DNA from: Thermodesulfobacteriota bacterium
Lineage (GTDB): Bacteria > Desulfobacterota > GWC2-55-46 > JADFVP01
Assembly: GCA_046754225.1 (NCBI GenBank)
Contig: JBHHVI010000003.1
Location: 5,933 to 69,932 of the forward strand
DNA length: 64,000 nucleotides
Direction of reading: 5' to 3'
The translations under genes and the position numbers were made by a program. Position 1 is the stretch's first letter; the number at the start of each line of letters is the position of its first letter. Under the pieces are notes generated by a model. It made no database searches. It had not been told where the DNA came from and was given only the letters and a program-made list of their open reading frames with translations. Shown here one piece after another: positions 58,726 through 64,000 of the stretch.

Positions 58726-60150
58726 TCAACCCACGTTATCGTACTCCCTTACCCTGAAGGCTACTCCGAGCTCATCCTCGGCCACACGCCGGCAGGCCTC
58801 TATATCGAGACCGGGCACGGCCACGACAGAAGCCACGACCTTTGGGATATGTTTTTTCGCCTCCCGCAAAAAGTAGAGTATGGCCGGGTACGCCTTATCG
58901 CCGTAAGGCGTCTTAACGAGCCTCTGGTACGTTTCGGAATCAGGGGCGTTAAGGCTCACGGAGATGGTGTCTACGAACTTCAAGCCCGACAGGACATTTC
59001 CGCCGTGCGCGAGGTTGGCGAGCCCGTCGGTGTCTACCCTTATGCGGCAGCCCCGCTTTTTAAGGAAGAGGCCGACCTTCCTTACGAGGTCAAGGCGCAG
59101 GAGCGGCTCCCCGTAGCCGCAAAAGACCACCTCGTCATACTTTTCCGGCTCCGGCCCGACGGCCTTTATGACCTGTAAAAAATCCGGCTCCTCGGAAAGC
59201 CTCAGGTAGTGCCCCTTTACGGTATATGACTTGAACTTGGTGCAAAATGTGCAGCGGTTCGTGCACCTGTTTGTAATATTCAAATAAAGGGAGTTCCTTA
59301 TGGGGTAGGCGATCCTTACATCCCTCTCCCCCCCACCGCCAATGCCGAATAACTCACCGGCGTTCTGTGTCGTTATCCGCGCCACGTCGCCGGGGCTCAA
59401 GCCCTTGAGTTCGGCGATCTTAAGGGCCGTATGGACCAGAAAGGCCGGCTCATTCCTCTTGCCCCTCTCCGGGACGGGGGCGAGATAGGGGCAGTCCGTC
59501 TCAAGGAGCATCTTCTCCACGGGGATTTTCTTTATTGCTTCTACGAGAGAAGTCGCCTTCGGGAATGTTACCACGCCGGTAAAGGAGAGATAGAAACCCA
59601 TCTTGAGAGCCTTTGCGGCCATCTGAGGGGAGCCTGAAAAACAGTGAAATACCCCCCCCACATCCTCGGCGCCCTCTTCGCCGAGTATGGCAAGGGTCTC
59701 CCCTTCCGCCTCCCTCGAATGTATGATAAGGGGGAGGTTCAGTTCCCTGGCGAGGTTAATATGTCTTCTGAAGACCTTTTTCTGCGCCTCCTTCGGGGAG
59801 TTCTCGTAATGGTAATCGAGCCCTGTCTCACCGAGGCCCACTATCTTCGACTTCCCGTCAAACCTTTTATTAAGGGCGAGGTCCTTTATAAGGTCGAAGG
59901 GTTCATCGCTATCATTATCAAGGGCATCCTTTGCGTCGTGGGGATGTACGCCGAGGGCACCGTAGATGAACCCGTACTCCTCCAAGATCCTCTCGATGCC
60001 TGAAAACCCTTTCTCTCTATCCCAGCAGCCGACGGTTATTATCTCTTTAACCCCCGCCGCCGATGCCCTCTCTATAACAGCGTCCCTGTCAGAGTCGAAC
60101 CTGGCGTCGTCCAAGTGGGCGTGGGTGTCTATCAATAAAAACTTTTCCAT
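58726..60150 (-). CDS. TatD-family metal-dependent hydrolase fused to a C-terminal radical-SAM domain
   Basis: N-terminal ~265 aa TatD (IDTHAHLD, HSRE, ETDCPYLAP); C-terminal domain has CTNRCTFC (CxxxCxxC) and a glycine-rich SAM motif (FCGYGEPLL). Confidence 0.75.
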   Translation of the reverse strand: MEKFLLIDTHAHLDDARFDSDRDAVIERASAAGVKEIITVGCWDREKGFSGIERILEEYGFIYGALGVHPHDAKDALDNDSDEPFDLIKDLALNKRFDGKSKIVGLGETGLDYHYENSPKEAQKKVFRRHINLARELNLPLIIHSREAEGETLAILGEEGAEDVGGVFHCFSGSPQMAAKALKMGFYLSFTGVVTFPKATSLVEAIKKIPVEKMLLETDCPYLAPVPERGKRNEPAFLVHTALKIAELKGLSPGDVARITTQNAGELFGIGGGGERDVRIAYPIRNSLYLNITNRCTNRCTFCTKFKSYTVKGHYLRLSEEPDFLQVIKAVGPEPEKYDEVVFCGYGEPLLRLDLVRKVGLFLKKRGCRIRVDTDGLANLAHGGNVLSGLKFVDTISVSLNAPDSETYQRLVKTPYGDKAYPAILYFLREAKKHIPKVVASVVAVPGLDIEACRRVAEDELGVAFRVREYDNVG

Positions 60151-60194
60151 TTTTCCATTTATACATTAAAAAATTCTTTTAACCTGACGCGGGG

Positions 60195-61727
60195 CTACTC
60201 TACCCTCGGAAAGAGCGCCGCGCCCCTTCGCACCTTGAGTCCTGTAATATTTCTCCCGTTAATCTCCACTTCCCTGTCAAAAGAAGCCCCATCTATCTCC
60301 GAGTCTATGCCGAGTTGGCCCCATATATTTTGAGCCGACTCCGGCATGAAGGGAAAGAGATAGACGGCGAGTATCCTCAAACCCTCGGCCAGCGTGTAGA
60401 GTACCCTTGAGAGGTCATCATTATAGCCGCCGCCCTCCTTTGCCAATTTCCATGGCGCCGTCTTCTCAACATAGCCGTTCAACTCTCTCACCCTTAGCCA
60501 GACCTGGACGAGGGCCTTGTGAAAAGCAAGTTCTTCCATGCAATTATCCACGATATCGGGCAGGGTTTTAAACAAACTCCAAATCCCCTTCTCAAGGTCT
60601 CCATCCTCCCCGCCCGGCGGGATAATACCCCCCCTGTATTTTTCTATCATGGAGACTGAGCGGCTCAGGAGATTTCCGAGGTCGTTGGCGAGGTCGCTCG
60701 TAATCCTTCCCTCCAGGGCCTTTAATGAAAAATCGCCGTCCATGCCGAAAGGTACCTCGCGGAGAAGAAAATACCTGAACTGGTCCACTCCGTACTCTTC
60801 AATCGTCTTTACGGGGTCAACGACGTTTCCCTTTGATTTACTCATCTTCTCGCCGTTAACCGTCCACCAGCCGTGGGCGAATACTTTTTTGGGCGGTCTT
60901 AATCCCGCGGCCATGAGAAAGGCGGGCCAGTACACGGCGTGGAACCTCAATATGTCCTTGCCTATGACATGGACGTCGGCGGGCCACATTCCCATCTCAT
61001 CGAGACCGCCGGGGTATCCCGCGGAGGCGAGGTAGTTGGTCAGGGCGTCGAACCATACGTACATGACGTGGGAGGGCTCTCCGGGCACGGGTATGCCCCA
61101 TGAAAAGGTGGTCCTGCTTACGCTCAGATCCCTGAGCCCCTCTTTTATAAAACTCGTTATCTCATTTTTCCTCTTTTCCGGCCTGATGAACCCGGGGTTT
61201 TCCTCGATGTATTTAAGGAGCGGCCCCCCGTACTTTGAGAGCCTGAAGAAAAAACTCGGCTCCCTCAGTTTTTCCACAACTCTCCCGCAGTCAGGGCAGT
61301 GGCCCTCTACGAGCTGATTTTCAGTCAAAAAATTTTCGCAGGGCGTACAGTACCAGTCCTCGTACTCGCCGAGGTATATTTCCCCCTTCTCCCTCACCAC
61401 CTCCCACAGCGCGGCCGCCGCCTCTTTATGCCTCTTCTCGGTGGTCCTTATAAAGTCGTCGTTGGATATATTGAGCTTTCCCCATAACTGCTTGAAACGC
61501 ACCACTACTGAATCGGCGAACTCGATAGGCGTCTTGCCCGCCCCGGCCGCCGCCTTCTCCACCTTCTGGCCGTGCTCATCGGTGCCCGTAAGGAAGAGGA
61601 CCTTAAAACCCTTGAGCCTCTTGAACCTGGCGAGCACGTCGGCGGCCACCGTGGTATAGGCGTGCCCTATATGGGGCACGTCATTTACGTAATATATGGG
61701 AGTCGTAATATAGAAGGTCTTTTTCAT
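60195..61727 (-). CDS. metG: methionine--tRNA ligase (short form)
   Basis: HIGH motif (PHIGHAYT), KMSKS, and a CxxC...CxxC zinc knuckle. Confidence 0.9.
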   Translation of the reverse strand: MKKTFYITTPIYYVNDVPHIGHAYTTVAADVLARFKRLKGFKVLFLTGTDEHGQKVEKAAAGAGKTPIEFADSVVVRFKQLWGKLNISNDDFIRTTEKRHKEAAAALWEVVREKGEIYLGEYEDWYCTPCENFLTENQLVEGHCPDCGRVVEKLREPSFFFRLSKYGGPLLKYIEENPGFIRPEKRKNEITSFIKEGLRDLSVSRTTFSWGIPVPGEPSHVMYVWFDALTNYLASAGYPGGLDEMGMWPADVHVIGKDILRFHAVYWPAFLMAAGLRPPKKVFAHGWWTVNGEKMSKSKGNVVDPVKTIEEYGVDQFRYFLLREVPFGMDGDFSLKALEGRITSDLANDLGNLLSRSVSMIEKYRGGIIPPGGEDGDLEKGIWSLFKTLPDIVDNCMEELAFHKALVQVWLRVRELNGYVEKTAPWKLAKEGGGYNDDLSRVLYTLAEGLRILAVYLFPFMPESAQNIWGQLGIDSEIDGASFDREVEINGRNITGLKVRRGAALFPRVE

Positions 61728-61896
61728 TCTACTCTTGATGCCCCGGAAGGGGGGCGTGAGTTAAATCTACCGGGCCTCAACCTTTACCTCCGGCCCGGCG
61801 CCCCGGCCGGCCGCGCCCCTTTGGGCCCGTTAAAGAAAAGACCCCTGAAGGCCGAAAATACAGGAGTCTTATAATTTCAGGCAACGAGACCGCCCG

Positions 61897-62664
61897 TCAG
61901 TGCTTTTTGCAACCGCCGCAGCCGTCGCCCCTGGCGCCCTTACCGCCGTTACCGCCTTTTCCACCGTTACCGCCGTTACCGCCTTTGCCGCCTTTGCCGC
62001 CTTTGCCGCCGTTACCGCCTTTGCCGCCGTAGCGGCTGTACTCGTAACCGAGACAACACATGAGCCTTCCGCATATGCCTGATATCTTGGCGGGGTTCAA
62101 GGCGAGGTTCTGCTCCTTGGCCATCTTTATGGTGACAGGCGCGAAATTTTTTAGAAAAGAGGCGCAGCAGAGTTCACGGCCGCAGGGGCCGATGCCCCCG
62201 AACATCTTCGCCTCGTCGCGCACCCCGATTTGCCGCATCTCTATCCTCGTGTGGAACCGCGAGGCGAGGTCCTTCACAAGCCTCCTGAAGTCCACCCTCG
62301 ACTCCGATGTGAAGTAGAAGATGGCCTTGCTCGAATCGAAGAGATATTCCACATGGACGAGTTTCATGGCGAGTTTATACCGGGCTATCTTCTCCCTGCA
62401 TACCCTGAAGGCCTCGTCCTCGCGATCCGAATTGAAGCCGAGCCTCTCCATATCGACTTCCTCGGCCTTGCGTATAACCCTGTTCAATTTGCGGGCCTTG
62501 CTCTTTTGCTCAATCTCCCTCGGATAATAGACGACACTGCCCATGCCGAGCCCTTTATCAACCTCGACTACGACATAATCCCCCGGGCGGAGCTTGAGTC
62601 CGTTACTGTCAAAATCATAAACCTTGGAGGCCTTTTTAAACCTCACGCCTACAACCTTTATCAT
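61897..62664 (-). CDS. ricT: PSP1 C-terminal domain protein (RicT/YaaT-like) with glycine-rich GGKGGNGG repeat tail
   Basis: PSP1 domain (GVRFKKASKVYDFD...); C-terminal 30-residue G/K/N repeat and terminal CGGCKKH. Confidence 0.75.
   Translation of the reverse strand: MIKVVGVRFKKASKVYDFDSNGLKLRPGDYVVVEVDKGLGMGSVVYYPREIEQKSKARKLNRVIRKAEEVDMERLGFNSDREDEAFRVCREKIARYKLAMKLVHVEYLFDSSKAIFYFTSESRVDFRRLVKDLASRFHTRIEMRQIGVRDEAKMFGGIGPCGRELCCASFLKNFAPVTIKMAKEQNLALNPAKISGICGRLMCCLGYEYSRYGGKGGNGGKGGKGGKGGNGGNGGKGGNGGKGARGDGCGGCKKH
61938..62027. repeat. imperfect 9-bp tandem repeat (ccgttaccg / cctttgccg) x ~10 encoding the GGKGGNGG tail
   Basis: Direct tandem repeats visible in the sequence inside the 3' end of the ricT-like gene. 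Confidence 0.7.
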
Positions 62665-62697
62665 CCAATAAACCTCTTTCTTTCCACAACAAAAAGA

Positions 62698-63696
62698 CTA
62701 AATCAACGCGCCTTTTCCGGCGAGCCCCATAAGGAGCGCCTCCATGGCAAGGAGCTTGTTGGCGTAACGCGGCGGCGTCACATCGTAGCGTGCCTTCTCT
62801 ATCATATCGAAAGAATCTGCGAGGGCCTTCGGGGCCGGCGCGGCTTTGATGAAACCCTCGAGGTCCGCGTTGACCATGAGTTCCCCCGCGCCTTCGCTAA
62901 AGACCATTACGTCCCTGCACCATAACTTTAAAAACTCGAGAACTTCCCCGAGGTCTCCCCTTGCCGACAGCTCACCGGCAAAGGCAAAGAGCCCCGCCGT
63001 ATCGTCTCCGTCGAGGCCGCTTAGCCTCTCCACTATCTCCCTGCGCTTCTCAAAGACCCCGTCCTCTGAGTATTTGACGGCGGAAGCGATGCTCCCGGCG
63101 CTAAGGCGCGCTATTCTTCCGGCGTCATCGGGCGCGGCCATGTTGCTCTTCACCAAAAACTCCCTTACAAGCTCTTCGGGAAGGGGTCTGAAGATTATCC
63201 TCTGGCACCTTGAGATTATAGTGGACAGAAGCGAGCCCGGCTTTGACGAGATAAGGATTATGACCGAATCAGGCGGCGGCTCTTCAAGGGTCTTTAGAAG
63301 GGCGTTTGCCGCCCTTTGCTCCATCTTATCGGCCCCGTCGACTATTACGACCTTCTTGCCGCCTGTTGACTTGTACTTAATGGCGTCCTGAAGCTCCCTT
63401 ACGCGCGCTATCCTTATAAGTCCGGCCACGGTCCTGACACCGTCCTTATCCTCGGGCCAGACCTCAATAAGGTTGGGGTGTGTGGCGCTTCGGACCAACC
63501 GGCAGTCTTCGCAAGCCCCGCATGGCGCGCCTGAACCGGCGCAGTTGAGCGCCCCGGCGAACTCCCGGGCGAGGCTCCTCTTGCCTATGCCTTCGGGCCC
63601 GGTGAAAAGATACGAATGGGCGACCCTCCCGGCGCTTATAGCCTTTTCGAGAATCTCCTTTTCCCTCGCGTGGCCTGTAATATCCTCAAAACTCAT
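62698..63696 (-). CDS. holB: DNA polymerase III subunit delta'
   Basis: AAA+ clamp-loader fold: HSYLFTGPEGIGK, zinc module CGACEDC, SRC motif (ISRCQ). Confidence 0.85.
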   Translation of the reverse strand: MSFEDITGHAREKEILEKAISAGRVAHSYLFTGPEGIGKRSLAREFAGALNCAGSGAPCGACEDCRLVRSATHPNLIEVWPEDKDGVRTVAGLIRIARVRELQDAIKYKSTGGKKVVIVDGADKMEQRAANALLKTLEEPPPDSVIILISSKPGSLLSTIISRCQRIIFRPLPEELVREFLVKSNMAAPDDAGRIARLSAGSIASAVKYSEDGVFEKRREIVERLSGLDGDDTAGLFAFAGELSARGDLGEVLEFLKLWCRDVMVFSEGAGELMVNADLEGFIKAAPAPKALADSFDMIEKARYDVTPPRYANKLLAMEALLMGLAGKGALI

Positions 63697-63700
63697 AGAG

Positions 63701-64000
63701 TCAAAAACCTATTTTCTCTATAATATCACAGATGTCCCTCTGTATAGAAAGTATTTCTTGAGCGCCGTCTATGACCTTGACACGGCGGGGCTCGCCGGCC
63801 GCTATCTTCAAGTACCCCTCTCTTACCCTTTTATGAAAGGCCATATCCTCTTTCTCAAAGCGGTCCTCCCTGGGCCCGGCCCCTTTGGAAATCCTCGACC
63901 ATGCCCTTTCAAGCCCCACCTCCGGGTCCAAATCCAGGAGGAGTGTCAGGTCCGGGACAAGTCCTCCCGTGGCGAGGGTGTTCATGGATTTGACGGCCTC
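63701..64000 (-). CDS. tmk: thymidylate kinase (C-terminal part; gene runs off the window end)
   Basis: Lid/C-terminal region DLTLLLDLDPEVGLERA...RFEKEDMAFHKRVREGYL collinear with Tmk; the frame is open to position 64000. Confidence 0.8.
   Translation of the reverse strand, partial: EAVKSMNTLATGGLVPDLTLLLDLDPEVGLERAWSRISKGAGPREDRFEKEDMAFHKRVREGYLKIAAGEPRRVKVIDGAQEILSIQRDICDIIEKIGF

Overview
This 64-kb window is a GC-rich (~58-60%) chromosomal segment from a Gram-negative-type bacterium. Outer-membrane markers present are LapB, AsmA and an OprB-like porin. It is densely packed with housekeeping and metabolic genes on both strands. In window order these are: a DUF362/ferredoxin protein, AsmA, CcsA, QueE, a standalone Lon-related protease, a CDF transporter, modABC with a candidate Moco riboswitch leader, and a PAS histidine kinase. 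Next come deoB, a CbiMN-Q-O ECF Co/Ni transporter, and a perR-prx-(tiny zinc ribbon)-sigma70-family factor cluster. After these are ogt, an M23 peptidase, an HD-GYP response regulator, citrate synthase, rdgB-rph-amiC, a fused MFS/spermidine-synthase-like protein, UDG family 4, a YhaM-like nuclease, and an archease-RtcB RNA-ligase operon. The window ends with SDR-GH15, gpmI, LapB, rlmH-rsfS-nadD, ResB-like, MenA, Hsp20, a TatD-radical-SAM fusion, and metG-ricT(PSP1)-holB-tmk (tmk truncated at the window end). No rRNA, tRNA, CRISPR array, transposase or integrase was recognised. The clearest anomaly is a ~1-kb AT-rich islet (about 47.4-48.35 kb) carrying a single orphan gene whose N-terminus (SANTLFHFT...) recalls the AbiGi abortive-infection family. 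It is bounded downstream by a G7/C7 hairpin and looks like a horizontally acquired single-gene accessory or defence module. Other second-look items are listed in the findings: small zinc-ribbon and Cys-rich proteins missed by the ORF track, a TTATCC repeat cluster, a TatD-radical SAM fusion and several regulatory candidates.
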